Made by a program: the position numbers and the translations under genes | Part shown: in pieces, positions 9,614-18,795 of the stretch | Position numbering within the stretch: position 1 is the stretch's first letter | Layout: every line of letters begins with the position of its first letter | Notes under the pieces: generated by a model | Told to the model about the DNA's origin: nothing | Seen by the model: the letters and a program-made list of their open reading frames with translations, nothing else | Database searches by the model: none | Source of the DNA: an uncultured Gammaproteobacteria bacterium | Lineage (GTDB): Bacteria > Patescibacteriota > Patescibacteriia > VMEV01 > CAYQCH01 | NCBI GenBank assembly: GCA_964503955.1 | Contig: CAZDCG010000004.1 | Coordinates: forward strand, 16,181 to 80,180 | Reading direction: 5' to 3' | Length of the DNA stretch: 64,000 nucleotides

Positions 9614-10816
9614 ATGCAATTAGAAATGAAAAAAAGCCCGTTTCTCAGCCAGATGGCGAGAGAGCGCAGACTGATAAGGCTTTGTATCCTGCTTATTTGC
9701 GGGGTCGGCCTGATCGGTCTGATTCTGTATTATGTCACAGTCGGGGCATTTATCCAGTATGTTCATCCTCTCCTGCGCAATGAGACGGAATTTTATCTAT
9801 CGGTAGAAACCGGCTCGCTGCAATTGCCGATCGCAAAAGAATTGCTGGCTTCTCTGCTTGGCGAGGATTCCGTTCAGGAGCTTGAAGAAATGCAAACGGT
9901 ATTTTCGCACACGTCGTTTGAAGGCTACGGAATTCTTCAGGAAGCAGGGGAGCGATACTGGTTTGTGAAGAATCCGCAAGAAGACATTGTTGTTCCCGAA
10001 TCTCTGATGCTTACGGATAAAACGATCAATCATCAGCGATATCTTATTTTTGGCAGCAAGCCCTGGGAACAAGATCAAGCGGCCTTTTCACTTCGGGATT
10101 TCAAAAAACAGCTTAATTACGTCAATAAACAAGGCAAATCTATTTCCCTGCTTTTATTCAGCCGGATGAACGGAGCAGCTCTTTACGGTGTCGCGTATCG
10201 AGAAAACGGAGGGCTGCGCATGGAGATGGGGAAATCAACAAAAGAGTTCTTTCAAGTTCTTGAGCAGCGTGAACAAAGAGCGGGCGTATTCTCTCTTTTC
10301 TCTGAAACAACCCCGGTTATCTTCCCACTCGCTCGTGAAACAGCAGCTCCCCAGCTGGCCTTTGAAGACGCGCTCTGGCCTGGAGAATGGACGCTCTTAG
10401 AGGGCACGCCGGATAATGTATTGCGCAATCCCTATGATGCAGAGTCGCAGTGGTTCTGGTCCGGCCAAGATGAAGATCGGCTGCGCGAAGCCATCCTTTC
10501 GGATTTAGCCTTCTTATATCCGGCGAGCGAACCGCACGAATTGCCGGACGGCTCAATTGTCTTTGAAGTGAGGCGCAGCAGCCCTGAAACCTTTGAACAG
10601 AGCGGCCCCGCGGGCGAGCAATTGCCGATTACCTTTCCCGGCGGACAGGTATTTGTCAGTGAAGGCAAGGTTTCCCGCGGAAGCGAAGACCCCGGAAAGC
10701 GAATAAATACCTGCGTATTGCCTTTGGCATCAAGCTACGGATATCTTCGCTCGGATGCCCTGTGGACAGACTGGCAATTCAGTTTCCGCGACGGGCATTT
10801 TATTGCCTGCTTATAG
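9614..10816 (+). CDS. Hypothetical membrane-anchored protein
   Basis: 400-aa ORF with one N-terminal TM segment; no motif recognised. Confidence 0.65.
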   Translation: MQLEMKKSPFLSQMARERRLIRLCILLICGVGLIGLILYYVTVGAFIQYVHPLLRNETEFYLSVETGSLQLPIAKELLASLLGEDSVQELEEMQTVFSHTSFEGYGILQEAGERYWFVKNPQEDIVVPESLMLTDKTINHQRYLIFGSKPWEQDQAAFSLRDFKKQLNYVNKQGKSISLLLFSRMNGAALYGVAYRENGGLRMEMGKSTKEFFQVLEQREQRAGVFSLFSETTPVIFPLARETAAPQLAFEDALWPGEWTLLEGTPDNVLRNPYDAESQWFWSGQDEDRLREAILSDLAFLYPASEPHELPDGSIVFEVRRSSPETFEQSGPAGEQLPITFPGGQVFVSEGKVSRGSEDPGKRINTCVLPLASSYGYLRSDALWTDWQFSFRDGHFIACL

Positions 10817-10924
10817 ATTGAATACGGAAATTGTCCGGATTCCCACAGAAGGTTTTCTTCCTGTGGAAAATCCGCAACAATTGCTAATATTAGCTATTGA
10901 TACCAGTGGATAAGTTTGCGGGAC

Positions 10925-10954
10925 TTGCGTCTGCTTGCGGGAAAATAGTATAAT
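10925..10954 (+). promoter_or_regulatory. Sigma70-type promoter
   Basis: TTGCGT-N18-TATAAT. Confidence 0.65.
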
Positions 10955-10960
10955 TTGCTC

Positions 10961-11490
10961 AGAAACAAAAATAAAAGCGAAGACGGATCATTTCCGTCAT
11001 GTGAATCCTTCCATTTTTATTGCTCTTTCCCGTAAAAAAGCTGAGACTTTGCTTCTGAACCCTACGCGCGCTCAGAGCCGATCCCATGATCTGGCCTGAG
11101 GATGAGTCGGAACCGGATTTCTCGGCTGTTCTGCGAAATAAGGGATTGCCTCAACCAATCCTCCTCAAATAAAAAGAAAAGCGAAAAAATATCGTACTCC
11201 TTACCCGGAGAAAGGGTCTTTTGGGGGACAAAAGGCCGAGAAGCGATATCTCATTAGCCGGGGTTTGCGCGAACATCGAATGCGTCGATCAGCGCCGGAC
11301 TGCCGCTGTTATGGGAAAACGCTTAGCCGTCTCTTTAGAAGACGGCACCGCTCAAAGTTGAGACGAGCTGTATCGAAATGTTCCTTCGTCTTACGCGAGA
11401 AAGTCTGTGATTTTCATTGATTTTCTTGCGTAAGGCGAGGAACCCGATCAAAGCGGGCTGCGCCTATTTCAGGGCTGTATGCCCGCTTTT
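10961..11490 (+). ncRNA. Candidate large structured non-coding RNA, family not recognised
   Basis: No ORF of 60 aa or more; many hairpins with + strand G-U pairs; promoter upstream and terminator-like hairpin at 11450-11490. Confidence 0.5.
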
Positions 11491-11570
11491 CATTTTTCTC
11501 TGTCTGCGGTATAGTGTATTTCGACCTGATGGAGAAATCGGGTTTCTCGTCTATCCTTAACAAAAAAGAT

Positions 11571-11924
11571 ATGGATCAGAACATACTGAATCAGATCAAA
11601 ACAAGCCTTGAAGATCGTAAAGCCGAGCTGGAAAAAGAGCTCTCTACATTAAGAGAATCCAATGGAGAAGTCCGTTACGATGATATCGGCGATGAAGAGG
11701 ACGCAAATGCACAGGAAGTCACCCAATACAGTGACCGCCTTTCCATTGTGACTGAGCTTGAAAAGCACCTGCAGGATGTGAATAAATCGCTGTCCATGAT
11801 TGAAGAAGGTACCTACGGCATCTGCAAATATTGCAAAAAAGAAATCAATCCGCAGCGTCTGCTTGCACGCCCCGCGTCAAGCTCATGCGTGGAATGCAAA
11901 GCGACCCTGCAAGGGGAACGCTAA
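11571..11924 (+). CDS. TraR/DksA family C4 zinc-finger protein
   Basis: Coiled coil with DEEDANA; GTYGICKYC...I..RL.ARP..SSCVEC. Confidence 0.9.
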   Translation: MDQNILNQIKTSLEDRKAELEKELSTLRESNGEVRYDDIGDEEDANAQEVTQYSDRLSIVTELEKHLQDVNKSLSMIEEGTYGICKYCKKEINPQRLLARPASSSCVECKATLQGER

Positions 11925-11925
11925 T

Positions 11926-12399
11926 ATGACCACCGTGCTTGCGAAGCACAGTACTGGAGTGATCGCGCTGTTTTTGCTCGATCAACTCTCCAAACAATGG
12001 CTGCGTCTGCATCAAACAGACGCTCTTTTGTTTCAACATGATGTTATTTCCCTCTCTATCAGGGCCAGCCTGAATCATGAGCTGGCCTTTAGCATACCGG
12101 CCCCTCAATGGCTGATTTATGCGATCGTCATGCCATTGCTTGCTATTGTGGGCGCACTTTGGGTTTCACAGGCCAAGGCAATGAAGCCTGGTGCCGTATG
12201 GCTCACGCTTATTCTGGCGGGCGCGCTCGGCAATTTATTCGACCGGCTGGTGCTTGGAGGAGTTGTGGATTTTGTGGAGCTGGCGATTTCGCAATTCAGC
12301 TGGTCAAGCTTTAATCTGGCAGACCTTTTTATTGTGATCGGAATTCTTGGCTGGATTTATTCTGAGTCTTTTCCTTCCCGCTCTCTTGAAAACAACTGA
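11926..12399 (+). CDS. lspA: Lipoprotein signal peptidase II
   Basis: DQLSK, NHELAFS, GALGNLFDR, VVDF, FNLADLFI. Confidence 0.9.
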   Translation: MTTVLAKHSTGVIALFLLDQLSKQWLRLHQTDALLFQHDVISLSIRASLNHELAFSIPAPQWLIYAIVMPLLAIVGALWVSQAKAMKPGAVWLTLILAGALGNLFDRLVLGGVVDFVELAISQFSWSSFNLADLFIVIGILGWIYSESFPSRSLENN

Positions 12400-12495
12400 A
12401 CGTTTTTTTTCGGAGTCATTGCTGTCAAGTGATAAATCTGCTATACTTGACCTATCAAGCCCACACCCCGTTGCCATCAGGCAACGGATTTTTTT

Positions 12496-13986
12496 ATGGC
12501 CGCAGCAAAAACACTATCAGCCTGCCTTGTGGGGGTGCAGGCTCAGCTCATAGAAGTGGAGGCGGATCAGCGCTCGGGATTTGTCGCCACCCATATCGTC
12601 GGCTTGCCGGACAAGGCCTGCGCGGAAGCAAAGGAGCGGGTAAAAAGCGCCGTTCGCAATACAGGAAATAAATTGCCGCTGGGGCAGTTTACGTTCAACC
12701 TGGCGCCTGCCGACCTGCCGAAAAGCGGAGCGGGATTTGATCTGGCGATGGCCATTGCCATGCTTGTGCGCACCAAGGTGCTTGATCAGCGGCAGGTGGA
12801 GGACGTTCTCTTTCTTGGCGAGCTGGCGCTTGACGGACAATTGCGCTCCGTTCCCGGCGTACTCGCCGCCGTCCAGCTTGCCGCGCAGAAAAACATGCGA
12901 GCATGCGTGGTTCCAAAAGCTAATCAGGTGGAGGCCGGCTTTGTAAAAGGCATGAAGGTATATGCTGCCGAACAATTGAAGGAAGTTATTCTTCATTTAA
13001 AAGGCGGACCTGCTTTGCCGCTGGTCCCTGAACAAACACACCTGAAAACGGAGTCCGCCTACCCGGTTGATCTCAAAGACATTGTCGGGCAGGCATTTTG
13101 CAAACGTGCGCTTGAGATTGCCGCTGTTGCCGGCCACAATGTCCTGCTTTCAGGTCCTCCAGGATCTGGCAAATCCATGCTTGCAAAAGCGCTTATCTCT
13201 TTGCTGCCTCCCATTAAGATAGAAGAGGCTATCGACATTACTCGTATCTACAGCGCCGCCGGCCTGCTGACAAAACAATCTGAATGCATAAGCCGACGCC
13301 CTTTCCGCAGCCCTCATCATAGCGCCTCGGCCGTCGCGTTGATTGGCGGCGGTTCCGTTCCAAAGCCGGGAGAGATCAGCCTCGCACATCGCGGCGTTTT
13401 GTTTCTTGACGAGCTGCTTGAATTTCCACGCCCTGTACTTGAAACGCTCCGCCAGCCGCTTGAAGACAAGGTGGTGAGCATATCGCGCGCGAGACAAAGC
13501 GTGCAATTTCCGGCTGATGTTCTGCTTGTCGGGGCGATGAATCCCTGCCCATGCGGTTATGCCAGCGATCCGGAACGGCAATGCGTCTGTTCAAGCGTGA
13601 GCCTGCGTTCCTATAGGCGCCGGCTTTCAGGGCCATTGCTTGACCGTATCGATCTCTTTTTAGAAGTGCCTCGTCTGCCTTGGAAGGATTTGGTCGATGC
13701 CGGCCAAGAAGAATCGTCGCAAGCCGTGCGCCAGAGAGTTTGTGCCGCAGGAGACGTGCTCGCCTCGGTCAAACAGGCGCTCGACTTAAAAGAATTAAAA
13801 CGTTTGTTGCAGCCAGAAGCAGCCCGGCTCTTGTCACAAGCTCACGAACATTACCAGCTCTCTAATCGTGCCATTGTCCGCCTGCTTCGCGTGGCATTAA
13901 GCATTGCCGCATTGGAAGGAAAGGATTTGATCAGCACGGATTATCTGGCCGAAGCGCTGCAGTATCGTTTGCCGGCAACGGATTGA
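12496..13986 (+). CDS. comM: ComM/YifB Mg-chelatase-like AAA+ ATPase
   Basis: VGLPDKA, NLAPADLPK, GPPGSGKSML, FRSPHH, GEISLAHRGVLFLDE, NPCPCG, SGPLLDRID. Confidence 0.92.
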   Translation: MAAAKTLSACLVGVQAQLIEVEADQRSGFVATHIVGLPDKACAEAKERVKSAVRNTGNKLPLGQFTFNLAPADLPKSGAGFDLAMAIAMLVRTKVLDQRQVEDVLFLGELALDGQLRSVPGVLAAVQLAAQKNMRACVVPKANQVEAGFVKGMKVYAAEQLKEVILHLKGGPALPLVPEQTHLKTESAYPVDLKDIVGQAFCKRALEIAAVAGHNVLLSGPPGSGKSMLAKALISLLPPIKIEEAIDITRIYSAAGLLTKQSECISRRPFRSPHHSASAVALIGGGSVPKPGEISLAHRGVLFLDELLEFPRPVLETLRQPLEDKVVSISRARQSVQFPADVLLVGAMNPCPCGYASDPERQCVCSSVSLRSYRRRLSGPLLDRIDLFLEVPRLPWKDLVDAGQEESSQAVRQRVCAAGDVLASVKQALDLKELKRLLQPEAARLLSQAHEHYQLSNRAIVRLLRVALSIAALEGKDLISTDYLAEALQYRLPATD

Positions 13987-14036
13987 CAAAGTCAGGCCTA
14001 TCCTCCAGGGTAAAGGACGGGGGAGGAGGTTTTGGC

Positions 14037-14219
14037 ATGCTCAAGCCGAGGAAGATGACTTCGCTGATGAACTCCACGCTGAGGATCACGTTTCTCAAGC
14101 GCGCGATCGAGATCTTTAGGCTGTATCGCTTCGGGGGAGACGCCCCCAAAACATCAATGGCTCCGCGTTCCGTAAAAGGGAGGCGGAGCCTGTGTCTTTT
14201 CAGGCCTGAAATCTCTTGA
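14037..14219 (+). CDS. Small orphan ORF (60 aa)
   Basis: Strong SD GGAGGAGG 7 nt before ATG; TTGACA at 13983. Confidence 0.35.
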   Translation: MLKPRKMTSLMNSTLRITFLKRAIEIFRLYRFGGDAPKTSMAPRSVKGRRSLCLFRPEIS

Positions 14220-14267
14220 CAATATTCCTCTTTTACGCTACGATACGACGTTCCTTAAATACACTCT

Positions 14268-14429
14268 ATGCTCCTTATGATCCTCTTGCTGCTGGCAATG
14301 GCTGTATTGGCTCTTGTCTCGTGGCTTGCAAAAGGCGTGGAGGGTCAAACGCTCAGAGCTGAGATGCAGCGCATGGAAATGGAACTCGCCGAATTTGAAC
14401 GTCTGATTAAAGCGTCTCACCGGCAATAA
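14268..14429 (+). CDS. Small membrane protein (53 aa), not in the ORF track
   Basis: MLLMILLLLAMAVLALVSWLAKGVEGQTLRAEMQRMEMELAEFERLIKASHRQ; TTGACA-N17-TACGAT upstream; terminator at 14428-14459. Confidence 0.6.
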   Translation: MLLMILLLLAMAVLALVSWLAKGVEGQTLRAEMQRMEMELAEFERLIKASHRQ

Positions 14430-14457
14430 AAAAATTCCCTCTTTTGGAGGGATTTTT

Positions 14458-15702
14458 TTATCTGACGTAGAGGAGAGGATTCTGCCGTACGCCGTTGAGA
14501 TAAATTTCGAAATGCAAATGCGTTCCGGTTGAGAATCCCGTGGTTCCAACCATGGCAAGCACTTCGCCTTTTTCTACGCGTTGGCCCACATTTACAAAAA
14601 TTTTGCTGGCATGTGCATAGCGCGTTTTAAATCCATTCTCGTGATTTACAACAATCTGCAGACCATAGCCTGTGCCCCAGCCGGATACTTCAACCACACC
14701 GGCATCAGACGCGTAAATCGGTGAATCATAATGGCCGTCAATATCAAGACCGGTATGCGTCCATCCCCAGTATTGCGTGATCACTCTGCCCGAAGTCGGC
14801 CAGACCATACCGGAACCTTCTTCCTGAGAAGGTGAGGGTTTGGTAAAGACGGATTGAATTTCGTCGATGGTGGGTGCCGTTCGAACAATGCGCACAGGAG
14901 TCGGCGCCATGCGAGGGGGGCGTCCGCCCGGAACGATAAGTTCTTGTCCCGGCGTAATGGTGTCTTCTTCGTCGAGCTTGTTATACGCGCGGATTTCCGC
15001 TTCGCTGACATCGTAATTATTCGCAAGCTTGCTGAGCGTGTCGCCAGACTTTACCGTATGCTGAACACCGTCGGTAGGGAGAATCGTCAATTCCTGCCCC
15101 GGGCGGATATAATCTCTTGCGCCAAGATCATTGGCCCAAAGAATGGTGCTGCTTGCCAGGCCAAAAAGCGAAGCAATGGTGCTGATGGTGTCTCCGCTTT
15201 TGACAATGTAGACTTCGGTTTTTGTGCGGATTTTTCTTGGACGTTCAACTCCGTTGTCGGCAATACCCGTGGACGGGCTGATGGCAGAAATAGCGCTGCC
15301 TCCGGTAACAAGGAGAGCCTGCTGTTCGGCAACAGGAATAATCTGATCGGAAGCATAAGCAAAAGATGGATTTACTCCATATGCCTGTCCCAAATAGGAA
15401 GAGGTGCTTGCGAGACTGGTCTGAGCTGCGGTTTCTTCAATCAGCTCTAGATCATCTCCTCCGATTGCCTGAAAGAGAAGGCTGCCCTGCCCGCCGCTAT
15501 TTGGAAGAGTGCGGGCTTGGAGGTGTACGGTGGTGAATCCAAAAATCAGCAGCACCATCGCGATATGAATGGCGGGCTTGGCGATCAGCGGGTAGAAGTA
15601 TTTGTTCTTTGCCGGTCCAAGGGATTTTTCAACGCGCTTTTTGGAGCGGAGTCCAAAGGTGTAAACAGGTACAACCAGATGGCGGTAGCATTTTTTTACC
15701 AA
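14458..15702 (-). CDS. LysM (x2) plus M23 peptidase
   Basis: YIVKSGDTISTIA and HTVKSGDTLSKLA LysM repeats; HTGLD, YAH, STGTHLHFE. True start may lie further upstream. Confidence 0.92.
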   Translation of the reverse strand: MVKKCYRHLVVPVYTFGLRSKKRVEKSLGPAKNKYFYPLIAKPAIHIAMVLLIFGFTTVHLQARTLPNSGGQGSLLFQAIGGDDLELIEETAAQTSLASTSSYLGQAYGVNPSFAYASDQIIPVAEQQALLVTGGSAISAISPSTGIADNGVERPRKIRTKTEVYIVKSGDTISTIASLFGLASSTILWANDLGARDYIRPGQELTILPTDGVQHTVKSGDTLSKLANNYDVSEAEIRAYNKLDEEDTITPGQELIVPGGRPPRMAPTPVRIVRTAPTIDEIQSVFTKPSPSQEEGSGMVWPTSGRVITQYWGWTHTGLDIDGHYDSPIYASDAGVVEVSGWGTGYGLQIVVNHENGFKTRYAHASKIFVNVGQRVEKGEVLAMVGTTGFSTGTHLHFEIYLNGVRQNPLLYVR

Positions 15703-16283
15703 CCAAAAAACCGGCCTGAAAACAAACCGGAAAAATACCCTCGCTGCAGTGCCGAGGTATTGGATTGCACGTAGGATTGTTAGTAATACGCGAAAGAAAA
15801 GGCGTTTTACAGGGCGGGGGATAGAGCAAGTCTTTCCCGATTAACCCGAAGGCTCCCACTTTGTCAACAAGATCTCAATGCCGGAAGCTGCCAGAATGCC
15901 GGGAGTTGCTAAGGATTAATTTAACGTAAGAAAAAACAGGAGAGTCGACATCGGCCCTCACTGTTTTGATACACGAATATTAGCGTTTTCTGGCAGAGTT
16001 GTCAACCATTTTCCAGATTTCTTAACTAATGTTAGCACAAAAATGATTAGCATCGAGTATGGCTGGCTTTCCTCTGGCATCTGGTTTCAAGATCCATTTC
16101 TAAATCTAACCCACCCGATACGATCTGACGTTCCAGGTACAAATAAGATGTAAAGGATAAGACATAGATGAGATGGTTCTCTCTCGAGAGAAGCTTCCCC
16201 CCTCTTGAAAAGAGGGGTAAGGATAAACCAAGAGCAAAGATAGATGGTCTTGGGGGATTTCTTTATAAAGCAATCAACAACGA

Positions 16284-16313
16284 AAAAGCCCCTCAATAAA
16301 GAGGAGCTTTCTT
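16284..16313 (-). terminator. Intrinsic terminator closing the GC-rich minus-strand unit
   Basis: Minus strand aagctcctc-tttatt-gaggggctt followed by T-tract. Confidence 0.65.
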
Positions 16314-16609
16314 AGCATCCAAAAAGAATGTGCAGAAATAACAGGCGGCGTCATCGTACAGTCACAGAATAAATAGTTGTCTAACTCGTTATGCCGCACT
16401 TGCGGATCGCAAGCATTGGATCCGCTGATAACCTGTTGTTTTTTCGTACCCCGACAAAGGCCGCGCACTGGCTGCGCAATCTTTGTCGAGGGATGAGATG
16501 GTTGCGTACTATCCTTTCCGCCACGTTCATCAGCGATAAACGCAATGGGTAGGTGCCAGGCGGCCGCGCGGGTATGCGCAGCCGCCTGGCGGGGAGCCGG
16601 GATCGTGCT

Positions 16610-16729
16610 CTAGCTGTAGTAGCCCTCCCAGAACTGGCGGTTGGCCCGGCGCATGTGCTCGTGCGCCGTGATCAGGGTGGCGTACTTCTCAGCCAGCTTG
16701 GCGATGCGGTGCTGCTCGTTGTTCAACAT
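16610..16729 (-). CDS. Small orphan protein (39 aa), not in the ORF track
   Basis: MLNNEQHRIAKLAEKYATLITAHEHMRRANRQFWEGYYS; SD AAGGAGG; almost all codons end in G/C. Confidence 0.6.
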   Translation of the reverse strand: MLNNEQHRIAKLAEKYATLITAHEHMRRANRQFWEGYYS

Positions 16730-16905
16730 GTTAAGGGCCCTCCTTCTTACTTGGCCCCCGCAATCGATCAAGATATCGTCTGTGAATCTGAGAAGTCTTC
16801 AGAGTCTGTAATATCTTGCTCAATTATGGGGGCGCGTCGTTCGTGCATCCAATCCTTGGTGGGGACGGGACGACGAACGACTCGCTTGTGCTGCCCCGGG
16901 AGGGG

Positions 16906-17139
16906 CTAGCGGAGGAAGAACTCGATCTTGCTCTCCTCCTCGTCGAGGCCGATGGCGTCGTTGCTCAGCTCGAGCGAGATGAGCAGGCGCTCGTCCTGCG
17001 GGATGCGAGCGAGAAGGCGGTTGACCCCGCGCTCGTCGCCGTCCTGCACGGCCTTCTTGAACGCATCGCCGAGCCGGGGCTCGACCATCGAGAGAGCGTT
17101 CTGGATCTTCTTGAAGTTGTGCGTGATGGCCCAGTTCAT
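16906..17139 (-). CDS. Small orphan protein (77 aa)
   Basis: MNWAITHNFKK...EFFLR; purine-rich SD GGAGGGAGAAAGG; strong GC3 bias. Confidence 0.65.
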   Translation of the reverse strand: MNWAITHNFKKIQNALSMVEPRLGDAFKKAVQDGDERGVNRLLARIPQDERLLISLELSNDAIGLDEEESKIEFFLR

Positions 17140-17362
17140 GGACCTGACCTTTCTCCCTCCAAGGAGGGCGTTGAGAGTTGATCCTTCTTCTTCGGGATAA
17201 TCCCGCAGCTGGCATCCATCAAATGGATGGCAATTGCGGGGGGACAAGAGTTCCTGGGGTGGTTCTCTCGTCCCGAGGGGGAGCGAGCTCGATCTCGCGA
17301 GAGGCAGTCTGCCTCATCTGCAAGAGAGCTCGCTCCCCGGTCGGGTCGCCGGCGGCGAGGTG

Positions 17363-17506
17363 CTAGCGGCGGATGCCGCGCTGGTTCGCCCAGTTCCTGA
17401 CGAACCGGGCGCTGTCGCTCACGTAGTACGGCTTGCGGTCCTCGGCCTGCTTCTCCGTGGAGGTGGCGGGGGTGAGCGCGTCGTTCTTCGTGTTGGGGTT
17501 CGTCAT
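17363..17506 (-). CDS. Small orphan protein (47 aa)
   Basis: MTNPNTKND...RGIRR; AGAAGAAGGA upstream; GC3 bias. Confidence 0.55.
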   Translation of the reverse strand: MTNPNTKNDALTPATSTEKQAEDRKPYYVSDSARFVRNWANQRGIRR

Positions 17507-17690
17507 GACGGTTTTCCTTCTTCTCCCAGGCGAACTGCCTGGTCCGGGTTTCCGGACGAGAAGCACAACCTTGTTCTGCTTCTTGTTCGGCCCGGTACAA
17601 CTTGCTTGCGCTGTGTACCGGGTCCCCGGGGGAGCTTCGCGCTCGTCGACTGAGTCGCGCGAAGCTGCCACCCCGGGTTGTCGTGTCGCC

Positions 17691-18224
17691 CTAGCCGACG
17701 TTGCGGATCAGCTTGTGCCGGTCCGAGCAGCGGCGCGGGCGGGGCGAGGCGCCGATGGAGGGCGAGCTCGTCACCGTGGTGACGGTCGTCCAGAGGCGCG
17801 ACTCGTCCGCGATCTTGCCGGCCGCCTCGTAGAGGGCGGCGCGGGCGCGGCGGCTCTTGGGGTTCTTGTCGCTGAGCTCCTGGGCCTTGTCGCGCAGCTC
17901 GCTCAGCTCCTTGCCCGTCGCGGTCTGGAGCTTGGTCTCGATCTCATCGAGCTGCTCGTCGAGCAGGCACTCGGCCTTGGTCTTGTCGTAGTAGGCACGG
18001 TTCTCGGCCCACCTGTTCTTCTCGGCACTGCGGCGCTTGGCCTGCTCGAGCTTCTTGGTGTGCTCGCGCTTGCGGAGCTTGCGCGCGCGGCGGGTCTCGC
18101 CCGTGCCGGACCTGGCGAACTTGCCGCCGGTGTGGCAGACGGGCGAGGGCGCGATGCTCTCGGCGTCCGGGACGGAGCCGAGCAGCTTGAGGAGCGTACC
18201 GACGCGGTTCTTCACGGTCTTCAC
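17691..18224 (-). CDS. Basic coiled-coil orphan protein (177 aa)
   Basis: GTG start after AAGGAAGGA; K/R-rich helical region; GC3 bias. Confidence 0.65.
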   Translation of the reverse strand: MKTVKNRVGTLLKLLGSVPDAESIAPSPVCHTGGKFARSGTGETRRARKLRKREHTKKLEQAKRRSAEKNRWAENRAYYDKTKAECLLDEQLDEIETKLQTATGKELSELRDKAQELSDKNPKSRRARAALYEAAGKIADESRLWTTVTTVTSSPSIGASPRPRRCSDRHKLIRNVG

Positions 18225-18347
18225 GTATTTCCTTCCTTCTTCTACCGGTTCATCCGGCCAGAGAACATCAAAGGTGATGCGTTCTGGTCGGTCCCGGAGC
18301 CCCACGCGGTTCGCGCGAAGCTCCGGAAGCGTTGCCGCAGCCGACCG

Positions 18348-18626
18348 CTAGGCGGTCTGCAGCTGGGGCGAGATGACGCGCGCGGTCGCCTGTTCGACGA
18401 GCTGGCGCATCCGCTCGCTGAGCCCGAGCGGAGTGATCTTCTCCGCCACGATCTCGATGAGCTCGTCCACGGACTTGACCTTGTCGAGCTCGTCCCTCAG
18501 CCAGCGGACGATCTGGTTGTCGTCCATGCCGACCTGGCTCGCGGGGATCTCCTCGCCGGTCTCGTGATCGACACAGTCCGGGACGAAGCCGTTCAGATTG
18601 CGGAGTTTCCATTCGACGAGAATCAT
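18348..18626 (-). CDS. Small orphan protein (92 aa)
   Basis: MILVEWKLRN...QLQTA; SD AAGGAG; GC3 bias. Confidence 0.65.
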   Translation of the reverse strand: MILVEWKLRNLNGFVPDCVDHETGEEIPASQVGMDDNQIVRWLRDELDKVKSVDELIEIVAEKITPLGLSERMRQLVEQATARVISPQLQTA

Positions 18627-18767
18627 GAGTCTCCTTTGACTCTTGGGGTGGAAGCAGGGCACATGCCCGATTGGAAGGGGAAGGTATGTGAAAGAGCGGC
18701 AGGCATGCGGCCCTTTTTCCACCACAAGAGAAAATGAAAACCCGCCGATGCCAAGATTTTTTCGCTT

Positions 18768-18795
18768 CCGCCCAAGGCGGATCCGCCTCTGGGGG
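18768..18795. repeat. REP-like palindrome
   Basis: ccgcccaaggcggatccgcctctggggg containing the perfect palindrome aggcggatccgcct. Confidence 0.55.

Noticed and set aside
10840-10913. Replication origin suggested by DnaA-box-like 9-mers (tgtggaaaa, agtggataa)
   Set aside because: Only 2-3 degenerate boxes, no dnaA/dnaN nearby and no clear unwinding element.
11325-11355. T-box-like AGACGGCACCGC in the candidate ncRNA upstream of dksA-lspA
   Set aside because: The bulge would read CGGC rather than UGGN, there is no recognisable stem I AG box/specifier, and no synthetase gene follows.
10961-11490. tmRNA, RNase P, SRP, cobalamin or c-di-AMP riboswitch identity
   Set aside because: Hallmarks (tRNA-like ends, GAGGAAAGUCC, GGAAGCAGC loop, complete B12 box or ydaO motifs) not found on either strand.
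16553-18737. Long + strand ORFs (e.g. 17433-18737, 434 aa)
   Set aside because: Shadow frames of GC3-biased minus-strand genes; L/V/A/G/R-rich with no SD.
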